NCBI GenBank assembly: GCA_964035545.1
Contig: OZ037767.1
Location: forward strand, 27,730,628 to 27,794,627
Direction: 5' to 3'
Length of the DNA stretch: 64,000 bases
Source: Bugula neritina
Taxonomy: Eukaryota; Animalia; Bryozoa
The position numbers and the translations under genes are program-made. The notes under the pieces were generated by a model that saw only the letters and a list, made by a program, of their open reading frames with translations, was not told the origin of the DNA and did not search any database. Shown here piece after piece: positions 25,201 to 38,183 of the stretch; within the stretch, counting starts at the first letter, position 1; the number at the start of each line of letters is the position of its first letter.

Positions 25201-25746
25201 CAAAACTACATTCTAAATATATTATATATACTTTCTGCAGTATTAAAAGAAGTCATTTAATATTTCTGCTAGAGCCATTAACTTGTCTGATAACTTAAAA
25301 ATATGAGTTACTGAATTGGAAGCACAATCGACTAAATGAATATTTGTTTTAAAATTACATCTGCAAGTAAATTTTTGGTTGCAGGAGTTATTTCTCTTGT
25401 ATATGTTGCAGTTTCCTGTATAATTATTAGAAAATTAATTATCCACAAATAACAATATAATCATAGATCCAGTCATACATTTAGAGTAAATTTTAATAAA
25501 GCCTAATTTATCACACACCTAGCACCATAGACTTAGAGAGTTGGAACATACCACTGTATGTATGTAAACTCTGTATCAGTATTGACGTCTGCAGCAATAC
25601 TAGTTGGTGATTAATGGAAGATCATGGTTGGTTGATCTCACTCCATACTAGCCACCATCCCTATTAGGTAAAACACGCAATCATTTGACACTAATCTCTA
25701 GCACATAGAATACTGTTCATATGGCTGAAAATATATATCGCTAGTC

Positions 25747-28700
25747 ATGTTGGAGGGCAGACATAAATCGTTAGCTCTTGGGATGGGAAGGGTTGCCTGT
25801 GTGGTCATTATTCTGTTAGTCTGCAGTGGTAAGAAAACTTTTCATCAAAATTTAATACAAGTTCAAGCAAACAGTCATCATTACAGTCTTATTTTATTAC
25901 AAAAAGATACCCTTTTCTTGTTCAGTGAGTATAAGAAATAAACTTAACTCACTACAATGCGCGTTACTGTATTTTTCAGCAAATGGCACTGGCTACCAGA
26001 TTCAAGAGACCGTATCTCAAACAAACTCTGGAGTCATAATCAGAATAGCAGACATGGTGACCGCTTGTAACAGAGAAACCAGAGGGAGTCATCCTAACAT
26101 TCAGTCCTTTGTTTTCAATTTCTGGGAATCTGGGTGTTACTTTCACAGCCCTCATACCAAGTATCCAACTCTATTCAATGACATCCTTAGATCCCTAAGG
26201 CTATGTTCGACTCCGTGCTCTACAACCCTGAGATACACGCTGCCACTTCTCAACTGTGATGGTCAGCAGTTTCCCAACACTTTCTCTATTAACTACGAAT
26301 GTGCTCCTGCCTGGCAGAACTCAATAGTTCTTACCACAACCACTGAAGCAGCATCAACACCTTCTTCTACTACTCTACCTTCCAGGAATACTGAGAGTAC
26401 CAGCTCATTGGCAACTCTGCCTGTAACACCACGGCAAACTACAACTGCCGCGAGAACAACCACAACACCACCAGTAACAACCACAAGTAGACCAACCACT
26501 ACAAGAGCTCCCACAACAACCACAAGAGCCACTACAACCACTACAAGAGCCACCACAACTACTACAAGAGCCTCTACAGCAACTACAAGAGCTCCCACAA
26601 CCACTACCAGAGCTCCCATAACAACTACCAGAGCTCCCACAACAACTACAAGAGCCATCCCAACAACAGCTCTGCCGAGTATTGTATGGCCACAGACACC
26701 ATTACTAATTACTCCTCCACCTACAACCAGAACTGCCAGAAGCACAAACACAGCAACAGAAAGCTCAATAAATCTCGGAGAAGGAACAACTACAAGTAGG
26801 CTGTTGGAGGATATAACTACATCAATTTCACTAGCATCAAGGTTACGGAGGACTCGGTTACGTCAAACATCAGTTAGTAGTTTAACAACTACTACAGCAG
26901 CCACAACCACTACTACAGAACCCACAACCACCACTAAAGAACCCACAACTACTACTACAGAACCCACAACTACTACTACAGGACCCACAACTACTACTAC
27001 AGGTAAACCAGTTTCACAGACGGACAATTTTAAGAAATAAGTACTTGCTTTCATATGACAAAATACTCAAGGAGAGCTATATAATTTATGTAGAACGGAT
27101 GCTTGTGTGATACAGTTTTTCATGCACCAATTTGTTATGGAAGGAATAATTAAATTGATTCATTTATTAATGTGTGATATTATCAAGTTGACGGCTGGGC
27201 TAGTTTTCTTCACAAATTACTATTTCGAAAGCATAAAAAGTAATAAAGAAAATTAAAATACGTACTCATGCCAAATGATTTGCTCATCCAAAAGATAAAT
27301 ATACGTCTTCGCTATACACATGCAGTGGCACTTGAAGCTTGAAAACCCTTTAATGTTTAATTCAGTTAAACTCTCTGAAATCGTTGAGCAATGATTCATT
27401 TGCTTTTTAATTAAGAAGAAGTTGATTACTTTAAGGATTAAAGTTTAGCCTGCAATTTTCCTTTATAACTCAAATTTTAGTGTTCAGGTTTTTGTAATTT
27501 CTTTGTAGTTGAAGAAGACAACGCTGGACTTCAGCTGGTGGCGGAACAGCGCCGTAGCAACATCGGGTTTCTATACGCTGACTTAAACGCCATCACGTGC
27601 GATAATCTGACTAACTTGCACATCCTGAAGTTGGATGGAGAGGGTAGACAGGTAAGTTTTATATCTAGCATACTCATTGTGAATTTGAACCACACCTACA
27701 TGTAGTTTAGGTTGACTTGCATCTTTACATGGGTTCAAGGTGACATGAAGGTCAACATTTGCTAGGACATGTTTTTCCCACTATTGATGCATCGAAATGA
27801 AAACAGTTGCACCATCCACACGAATTACACATTGGACAGCTCCTCCCAACTATGTGACAGGCGTATGCAACTAACAACCGCATAGGAATAAATTATCTCA
27901 GGCTGGAAGTGTGAAGACAAGGCTGTATGCATATAGGCTGAGTGTCAAACCGAAATCTTAGCCTTTAGAACTGTTGACCTTACAAGTTTTGTTGAACAAT
28001 CTACTACCTCAACACTCTTTAGTCTATGCAGTTAGTTGAATTTAAATGTTCCCCTATATTTTTATTATTTGATTGTAGTGTGTGATAGAGGCTTGAGGAT
28101 ATATGACTAATAAAACAATTGTATATTATCTTGGCATAATATAATGGCATGCAATGAAACAGTGACATGCACATGAATCTAACATAAATACAGTAAAACA
28201 ATAGTTAACTCCTTTTTAGACAATTCAACATTTTAAAACAGGCTCATGATAAAATCACGTATCCTTGGCTACGACAGAAAAAGTTACCTTTTAATTATAG
28301 TTGCATTTAATTGTATAATGTCGGTTACATTATTCTAAATTATTTTAATGTTGTAATCAAAGTTATAGTGCTGTGAAATTTTAGGTTTCAATAGCCTCTT
28401 TAACAATCAACACCATGAATGACTCAGACTGTATAAATACAAATAAATTTATTGTGCCAACATACTGAATGTCGCAAAGCTTGCTGTGACACTTGGAATA
28501 ATTGCTATTGGCTTACAATAATCATTGATGTCAAATAATTATACATGTCTCATCATAGTTCCTCAAACTTAAGGAACTTGGTATTTTTAAGAAATGAAAA
28601 TGGGTTTTTGGAGCTTTTCCTTAAATTACTTAATCCATGGCATTTGCATTACTAGGCTTTGTGTGTTTGTGTGTGTGTTTGTGTGTGTGTTTGTGTGTGT

Positions 28701-28775
28701 GTTTGTGTGTGTGTTTGTGTGTGTGTTTGTGTGTGTGTTTGTGTGTGTGTTTGTGTGTGTGTTTGTGTGTGTGTT

Positions 28776-28857
<82 letters not shown>

Positions 28858-31800
28858 TGTGTGTTTGTGTGTGTGTTTGTGTGTGTATGGGTGGCGTGTG
28901 TAAGACATTTAATTTTGTTAATTGATTTTGCAGGGGCATTGTGAACCAGATTTGTCACCAGCCAACGTAGAGACTCAACTTAGAAATAACCATGCTTTTA
29001 TCTCTCAGCCCTACTGCTTAGGGACGAGGATAGAGAGAGCCCGTAAACTCTTCATAGACTATGAGTGTGTTGGAGAGGAGACAACTACGGAAGACTTGAC
29101 TACCACCCAGTTGGATATTACCGTCATGAATGTATCCACATCTGCAGTTAATACCGTTGGTAAATAATTTTGCTGAAGGTTTTATATGATACAACGGTAT
29201 TACAATAACCTCTACGGTATAAAAAGCTATATATTGCAATGACATCTATGATGCAAGAGGCCTCGTCATAACGCAATGAGCTCTATTATAATATAGGTTT
29301 TGTTTTTACTATACAGCTGGTGGGAATAGGCAGTAGGCAGTAAGTGTTTTGTTAAATGTTTATGCTAAATTGTTTAATAGACCAATCATTTGATTTTGAA
29401 ATTTGGAAGCTGGCAATTTATCATTACTAATGACATTAAAAGATATATTGTCTGAGATGTGGTACAGGAGCCAATGTGCCAACATATTTCTGTATCTTAT
29501 AATGGGTATGAAGCATCTGTATCTGCTTTCTCCTTAAATGACAAACTAGTCATTGCTTCACTAGTTAATATTTCAGTGGAAAACATGCTGCTACAGCAAA
29601 GTTGACTGCCACAAACCAATTCAGGTGTAATAGTGAAGAAATTTAAATAGCCTAATTTCTTTAACTTTCTTGGTGAATTTTGGTTTAGACATCAAATTAA
29701 AATTATCCCAAAAAATACTCTCTTTTTCTACATTTTTAATCTAGAACACAGGCTTTTTTCAATTTCCTCATAACGTACTGCACCTACCTCCAGAAAATTG
29801 TTAGTTTTCAGTGTTATAATTTTGCAGAAGCATTGAGCTCTAATATAGCTATAACTCTAGCCAACTAATGATCTAGGTGTTGTACCACACTTCATATATT
29901 AATTTATAACAAAATTGATTTGATAGGAAATAGGTTTTACAGTACAGCGTGGTGATAGTATAGTAAATTATCATGTAAATTAGTTTCACTAGATGACTTA
30001 TTTTTGGAATGTTAGCAACCTTAGAACTTAGTTTTTGGGAAGTCCTTGAATAATAGATCAGTTAAGCTAATATTAGGAAGTTTCTAAGTTTTGTAAATTA
30101 ACTTAAATGGCGTGCTTACTGCCCCCCCCCCCTACTGGCTACAAGCTGACAACTAGGTTACTCCTCTAAGACTAGCACCAGGCTCTTATTGAGCACTTCA
30201 TGTAGATTGTAGAGCATTAATTAACATGGATTGGAACTTGTGAGAATAATCCTGTCAGCTTTTGCTTTTAGTAATTGGAAACACAGAGAAAGCTGGTGCT
30301 GAAAAAGATGGTGGAGAAAAGAAAGACCTGATTCTCATACTGGCTACAGTCATACCAATATCTGCGCTGCTCATTCTAATCCCCATAGTCCTCATTGTGC
30401 TGTACAAGAGGTAAGCTAGGTGTTAGTAGAGGGGCACAATACTACTGTTGGGTAATTGAGGGGCATTGCCCTGCCATCCACCTGATAAACTCTTGCAATC
30501 AATAATAATTTACGTAGAATTACAGGCCATTGCGGGTATTCAAGAAATTATAGCTTTGCAAGCCTGCCTTTCACTTGTCTAATTTAGTTTTTTGAGCAGC
30601 TTTTTTCTGAAATGCACCCTAAAATTTATACTTTATTTACTGCACTATTGGAGGAAAATACTTACACGTAGAACATTTCCAGGACTACACAGCCACATCA
30701 TGTTGACCTACTTTTATATACTTTATTTACATGTAAACACTTTGTAATATATAGATGCTATGGGGAAATTGAGGCAAAAACAATGCAAACTTGTGAAAAT
30801 TTTGTGTAGTTAGAGCAAATAACTTTCACTTGAACTATGCTGCAACATATTATAAGCAAAGCAAATAAATTTTGCTTTGCTGGTAAAGAAAGCTTTAGAG
30901 CAATAGTAATAACAATAACAAAGAAAAACTGCACCCAGATACTATATAGCACAGCTGCAATTAATCGGAAAACATAGAATTACCCCTAAGTAACTTTATG
31001 ATTGACCAGTACAGGTGAACCACCTGAAGGGAATGCAAGCAATGCTCATGTTTGATTTGCCCAAGTGTGTTTAGAACTTTATTTCCAGTGCCATTTTTCA
31101 GTAAACTTTACTTTTCAGGATCTTTCACGCACATCAACTTTCTTAATGCACAGTTTTAGTTAGTAAGGTTCAAACAAATGATCGCGGGTAAACACTGAAT
31201 TGATGTTGCAACTTGAACTTTAAATTTAAGTGAGATTGCAGTACTAGATGTGGGTAGGTAAAAAGCAAAATATTTTAGATGATAAGATGACAATTGATAA
31301 GGGTTGACATTTTTTAAAAAAATTGGAAATGTTTCAATATAATAAACATGCAATAAAAATAGCATGTTATGAAATGTTAAATTGAAGTTTGAACTCAGAT
31401 CTAAGCCAAATAGTAATAAACAATGGTAGACATTGTTCATTGTTTTTGATTAAATAATAAGACAAGAATGCAATATGTGAGTAATTAGTTTAATATATAA
31501 TACAATATTAAAATTATTCTAATAAAATATAGTATTATGTAGCAATTCTAATATAAAATAATATGTTTGCAATCATCATAATAAAATATGTGCATAATTC
31601 ATATATTTACTTTTTGATGACTTCCGTTTCCTTTAAAAAGCAAGCAATGGTAACTATATACGTATTGCGTTATAATTATCTAAGACACGCAGTAGGGAGA
31701 CTTACATTAATTCATAACTTTATTTTAAAATTTTCAAGTTTAAATGATTAAATTTATCAATTCACTTTCAAAAAGTAATTAAGGCAAACACTTTAAAGTA

Positions 31801-34800
31801 GCTACACATTTGGACTTGGTTAAAAAATCAAAAAAATTCATAACAAAAAATTTATCACAAATATGGGAATTTAACCAAATATGCAAAAGTGTTTTCTGGA
31901 AAATTTTCTTTATGTAATTCAAATCTAGAGATGAAATTGTTAAAAGAAGTTTAATTAAAATAACCTCCTCAGAATTCAATAAGCCATAGTTGCCGGTGAA
32001 ATGTATCATCTAATTTTCTTTTGAAATGGGTGCTTTTAAAGTCTTGAATTTTATAAAGCTTTAGCTTAAACAAACATTGAATGACGTATTTCTCTTTAAA
32101 TAATCTCTATCAATACTTTTTTGTAAATACATTTAACACCAATAGAGTTCAAAAAATGATATTCTTAAAAACAACGAAAAGAAAAAAAATCAGAAATTTA
32201 GTCATTTGCATTACATATGTCGATATAAAACTAATTGATATATAATTGATTAATATACATATGTTGATACAGATATAATAGGCTACGGTGAAGCACACTC
32301 ATTTGAACTGATTGATCATTCAATGATTAGTCATGGCCTTCCCTGGTTTTCCTGATACAGCAAACTCTGTTTGGGGAAAAGTACAGACATTATACTAACT
32401 TTTCCTTTTAGTGGAGTATAAATCATAACGAAATCCCCCATTTTTCACCTGAATACAATGACTTGGCCTTTTGCAAGATATGTGTAATACAATGGCGCAA
32501 TAATATTAACATCAAAATATCTAGTTTCAACATGAAATTTTCTCTCTGTTGACCTAATCTGCCATGTCTTTCTTTTTCCATCTGATCTTCTGCTATTTTT
32601 TCACACAGTCTTCTCATTTTTTTCAGAAGCTTTGCTTTTCCTCACTATCTATATAATTGAAAATCAAAACATTTCCAGCGCATGTCACAACCACCTCACT
32701 TTTGCCTCTGTCAATTCTCTTCTAGATTCACTTGTTTTCCTACACTTTCTGATGCGTTTCTCTCAACTTTTAATATTTCTAATTATAGAAGAAACAGAGT
32801 GAAGATAATCATGTGCAAGAAGAGTCCACATTACGGGACTAACGAGGAGATTTACAGCGACCCGAGTAACGCCTTCAGTTACAGTCAAATGAACTCAGCC
32901 TATTCTAATGAGCACCTGGAAGACAACACCTTATATCAGGATCCAGCTCTCTGGATCAGCAGACCTCAACCAGGCCTGGCCAAGTTTCACAGCACGTCCT
33001 TGAAGTCCACAGGTCAGATTATTTTACATGTGATTTCAATACCATAACGTATTATGTCACTTATGTAATATGTCATAGAGCAAAGATCTCACTATTCAAT
33101 CTATAAGGAGCAGACACTGTTTTGTATGTAATTTGCAGCACTGTCACATATAATAAAACTCACACAAGTTTATAGTTGCTATCCCTGTGAGAAACCCTGA
33201 TAGAAAGGGTTTTTGTTAGAGCGGGCTAAGGACTTATTCATATGTAGCACAGGAGCAATTATGACTGGATGCTCTTCCTAACATCACCAATGGCCTTCAC
33301 TAGGGACGGAACTCATGACCTCTGTTACTAAGCCAGTGCTGTAACCCCCTAGATCACAGCTACTCCCTATTGTCACACATCATAGAACTTATGTAATATG
33401 TTAAAGAGCATGTATTTCTAGCATTATTCTAAATTTTTAGCATTTTAACTTCGTTAGCAACCAATAGTTATTATCAAACTCGCCATCTCCAAACAGCCTC
33501 AAAGCTCCAGAAATGCTTCAAAGTTGAGTTGCACTTTTTTTCTTCTACACTATATAATCCTATTACCAAAGTACTAAATCATAACCTGCCGTAACAGCTT
33601 CAACTCTTATGGTATCTAAGGCTAGAACTTGCTAGCCATGTGTGGCTTAACTCGCACATTCTAACGCCAATCAATCAAATCACTTCACGCAATAACTCTA
33701 AGCCTGCTCTTAGAGTATTTATTGTTGACTAGATATTGTTCTGCCTAGCGCTGCTAAGAGCAGAGCTTCATAAAATATGCAGTTCAGCACATGGCGCCAG
33801 CTACCATTAATTATTTATTTCGTTGTCATGGTTACAATTTAATATATTTAAATCATAATAAGGTGTTCGAAATCAAAAGCAAAAAATATGCATAAGACAA
33901 GTGATAATAGAAAATTATGCAAACCTTAAAATATGCTTCAGTACTAGTTTGAGGTGCACAAGTTTAGAATAGTTGTGTGATTTTTTCGATAGCATAATGT
34001 AAAGTTTACAGTTCTACCAACCAAGGCTATTCACATTGAAAGTAAGCAGTGTTAATGGAGCTTTTTATATTCCTGGAAGGGTTGCGGAATTGTGAAGTAG
34101 CCGTAAGGTTTCATATGAGAGTATTGTAGCTAGGTTGATAGTCACCATGTTGAAGAGTAGTTTATTTCACTAAAATACTGCCTGTTATTATGTAGCATGT
34201 AAGCCTACGTATTACTCCCTGAGCTATCTGACATTGCTTTTGTTGATAGTAAAACCCCTTCTTATTAATCATCATGTATTATCATATAATAAAAGTCATA
34301 TCATAACATCCTTTTCTATCATCAGTTCATTTCCTATAAGACTTACTCTATATAATCCTCTATAAGCGTATCAATATACGAGTAATATAAGTTGATGCAG
34401 CAGAAAATATTTCTATACCTGGTGTGCATGTGTATAGTTTTATTAAATAATAAGTTTACAAATTATTAAAAAATGATGCACATATGGTAAATATTGCTCT
34501 GCAAAAAGCAACACAATCTCATAACCTTGAAGTGCATGATCACTCTTGTTTAAAAAAAGATTGAAAAACAGATTGTTTGTATATGCCGTTGAGAATATTC
34601 TATTGCACATTTCAAACCAGCTGAAAATGATGTAATTGTTTGCACTCTCTTTTCCTTTTATCAAAACACACTGCTCTGCTAGCAATTAGAGTTTTGGTAT
34701 ATCCATAATGTGTGTGCCTGATAGCAAATAGAAGGAAATGACTAAATAATATGCACCAGAATCGTGTTTCAATTGAAGTGGTATCAATCTGCCGAAAAAA

Positions 34801-36417
34801 CCCAAATTCCTGCCATGATTGATAGTTTCCTATTCAACAGGCTCCAGCTACCAAGACCCCAGCAGCCTACCTTGCACTGGTCCACCAGGCACACCCAGTC
34901 CTATAAGGGACGCCATGTACTCGGCCCGTGATGACCCTTCCAGCGATGTGTACGCAGACGTTGATGCTCTGAGAGGAGATCCAGATGGTAAAACAGCTAC
35001 TCTACCCAGAGAGGATCAAAACATGTGAGCTGATAGACACAAGGCTTAGTTTTCCATGTCATAATGTTATCTCAGTTTGTTGTACAAGTTCTGTGAAAAC
35101 TTGCCAAAGATTAAGACGTAACATCTTAAATTATAATGGTTTCCAGATAACTGTCATGCTTGAATGATATAGACTGCAGGTGCAGGCTTAGCTTCACATC
35201 AGTTTTATATAACTTAAATCATAGAACTCTCTTTAGAATAATGTCTTATAGGAACACATGCTCACCTGTGTTTAAAAAGATTCGTGTTTAAAAGCTCTTT
35301 TCTACTCTAACCAAACTTTTATGTCGTAGACTCTTTTCGATATATGTTTAGCTACATATCAAGTAAAGTTACATATATTTTAAATGTATCATAGATCTAC
35401 AGTACATATTTCTGTCTTCACATTTGTTGTAGTTACGATATGCCACATGTGGAAGTGGTGAAACCAACACCTCAGCCTCGTAGTGGGAGAGACCAGACTC
35501 CAGGAGGTGAAGACACCAGTGGTCTGCCGTCCTACTCGCATATGATAGTGACTGATGGCCAACTTGAGCCTCACAACTATGCTATTGTTAGGTAGGTTTG
35601 TGTGCGTCTGTGTCATAGTTTGATATTAATACAGTAGCTAACATTAATGTTGCAGTAGAATTACTATGAATATGCTTGTATTTATTCAGAAATAATAGCT
35701 AGGAACAAGTGAATTGTGCACATTAATTCTTCTGCAATTTTTAAAATCTCTGCTCCATAGTTGTATTAGTTCAATAAGGTATCGGCATGAGCAGACAACC
35801 TCTTAATGCTGTTTACTAAAAGTAATATTCTCAAAACATTTATTAAGGTGATTATAATTATACAATGTTTTATGAACGTTAGCAAGTCTATTCATCTGAA
35901 GATTAAAAATAATGATAATATTTCATTATTATATTTGATAAATATAAGTTATGAAATATTATTCCATTATTGTATTCATGACAATAAATGAGTTAAATGA
36001 TATATAAATAGTTATATGTATGGCATGAAATATATTGCAGCTCATTAAAACAAAATCCAATACAATAGATCAATAATAGCACACTTAGTCTTGTACTCTG
36101 TATTGTACTGTATATATAATGTATATGTTGTTTTGCTGTGTACAGTGTATACACACGTAGATTGTTTCACTGTGTAATGTACTGTGTATGCACATGATAT
36201 TGTATTTCAGATACGTAAGTTTTGCTATGAATACATCTTGGCTTGTACAGTTTTCTTTAAAATATTTAATATGATTTGTAGAAAATCAAAGCCCAGTGAG
36301 TCTATGTATTATGAACTAGAAAATGAGGTAGAGTTATACGACAGCCCCGTATACAATTCTATGGAGGAGATACGGTCTAGCTCCGACACAAAAAAAGGAG
36401 CAGATGAATCCAAATAA
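25747..36417 (+). CDS. Uncharacterised type I transmembrane mucin-stalk receptor with a tyrosine-motif-rich tail, about 771 aa, 9 exons
   Basis: Exons 25747-25828, 25980-27002, 27509-27651, 28934-29159, 30272-30410, 32789-33012, 34841-35024, 35433-35591, 36282-36417 are all GT-AG and in frame (2316 nt). Layout: signal peptide (alternative start 25783), Cys domain ending SINYEC, TRAPTTT/EPTTTTT repeats, second Cys domain ending FIDYEC, TM segment LILILATVIPISALLILIPIVLIVLY followed by KRRNR, and a tail of about 234 aa. Confidence 0.85.
28659..28886. repeat. Compound microsatellite (GTGTGTGTGTTT)n/(GT)n
   Basis: Directly visible. It ends about 45 nt upstream of the acceptor at 28933. Confidence 0.97.
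29623..29789. mobile_element. Small MITE-like repeat, copy 2 (a more decayed third copy lies at about 43105-43210)
   Basis: Aligns by eye with 21785-21931. Ends AGGTGTAATA / TACTGCACCT. Confidence 0.7.
32330..32760 (-). mobile_element. Possible decayed LINE (RTE-like) ORF2 C-terminal relic
   Basis: The minus-strand translation gives RRELTEAKVRWL*HALE and then KERHGRLGQQR. This resembles the RWxGHxxR...R..GRP motifs at the end of RTE-clade RT proteins. Stops and frameshifts are present. Confidence 0.35.
33152..33368 (-). mobile_element. tRNA-derived SINE
   Basis: Colinear over about 215 nt with 59000-59220 (aataaaactcac.caagttt.tagt.gctatccctgtgagaaacc ... gctcttcctaacatc.ccaatgg ... ctccc). 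Confidence 0.85.
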
Positions 36418-38003
36418 TGAAACAATTCTGAATAATATTCCAATGACCATGCAGAAATAGTTTGTATATAAAGCTATGCATGTTATTGCTAACAGTCACT
36501 TTGACAAGCGTGGTTATATTGTGGTTATATTGACAATAACCAGGAGGTTGTGAATTGGGTGATAGAATCAAGACTGAGGCCTTACCACTGTTTTCTTGGT
36601 ATATGGGAAGGGGAGGGGGTCATTTATATGCTACATTGCTTTTTAAATATTTAATCTCTTATAGATAGCATTTCTTATTTCACATTGCAACAAAAGATGC
36701 AGGATATTTTACTATTATTTTTAAAAAACACATTCCATTCATATTCCAGATATAGCATGCCAGAATATATTTTTATGCAATACAATATATACGAGTCATA
36801 TGATGAAATGTTGTTTTTGAGTAGACATTCTCATTGGCTGAGCTAACACAGGTGTTTGTAAATATATTGAACTAGTGAAGACTAGTTGAGTATGTTAATA
36901 TGTCAATATATGATCTTAACACAGTATTGTTTCTCAACAATCATGCAATTCATAATTTCATAAGATAAAACAATCGGTTAATGCATCACCTCGAACTGGA
37001 CTATGCGAAATAGGTAATTGAAAATAAGTACAAACTCTCACAACTCCAAAGGATATAAAAGAACTTTTCAAGAAAAAAATACAACTTTGATGAATTATAA
37101 AATATATTTCTGTTAGTTTATTTGAAACAAACTGATTTATTTATATTTATTGATTTAATATTAATGACAACAAGTTTGCTTTGGTAGTGCGTAGTCATGG
37201 TATCTTTATACACTCAAACCTCTCTCTGAAGTCCTAGTAGTAAAATAAACAACATGGCAATAAGTTTTTATTACACCCAAGAATAACAAATCAAAATATT
37301 AGCACTTGCTTTGTATGAAGAAACTTATTTTAGTGAATGCATTAGTTTCATGCAGACTTTGTTGTTAACTATAACTAACACTGATTTTAGTAGTCTATAT
37401 AAAGACAACTGTTTTCATGATATTAATATAGTTAGTGTAAAAAGAATAGATTTATACTTGGATAACTTCCAAAATACCTGGGATAAGCTCTGTGTGATAA
37501 TTAGTGGCCATAGAACATTCGTAGCCACACCAACATTATATCAACAATTACCAATAACTTCTATGTGTGAGTGTGCTATTAATAGTACTCGAGGTATAAT
37601 TCCTACCACCCACAAAGGTAAAGGAAATCTCTTGAACAACTATTGATTATATATCACAGTCACAAAAGTGTCTTGCATATAAATTATGTATACAGTCTAT
37701 TCTTAGGTGAATATTTATTAACATACATATTTTTAAACATATCTGTTGGCTTTGAAACTAGTCCAAAATCCTTAAGATTTGGTTGTTTTAAATACACAAT
37801 GTTACTTTTCTGCAGCATTTAAATGCTAATTCTAATTTTTGTGTGGCAGTTTAAAACCAAAAACATAGCATGCAAATGACATACTTCAAAACTTTGCACT
37901 AAACTGAATTCTTTAATTTTAGCTATAGTTAATAGGGTGGTTGTCCACTCATGCTTGCTAAGTCAAATCAAAAGGACTCAAGCTGACATTTACTGAACAG
38001 ACC

Positions 38004-38085
38004 TAAGTGGGCGGGAATCTATATGACGTAGGCGGAGTCTATATTAAGTGGGTGGGAATCTATATTGCTTATTTGTATATAAATA
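38004..38085 (+). promoter_or_regulatory. Core promoter of the neuropeptide gene
   Basis: TATATAAATA at 38076-38085, about 100 nt before the ATG. Three GG(C/T)GG(GA)A.TCTATA repeats, a GC box and a CRE-like TGACGTA (38024-38030). Confidence 0.65.
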
Positions 38086-38183
38086 AGACAGAATCCTTAC
38101 ACTTTACAGCCGAGCAACCACTTTGAGCTTTTAAGCTGCACACTACGTTCAAATACACAGAAGATTATACAAAATTTTTCAAA

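Noticed and set aside
26293-27054. Val-rich hydrophobic ORFs on the minus strand
   Set aside because: They are antisense shadows of the Thr-rich mucin exon.
28594-28958. Multiple ORFs of VC/HT repeats (also at 41930-42587 and 62969-63556)
   Set aside because: These are translations of microsatellites and satellites.
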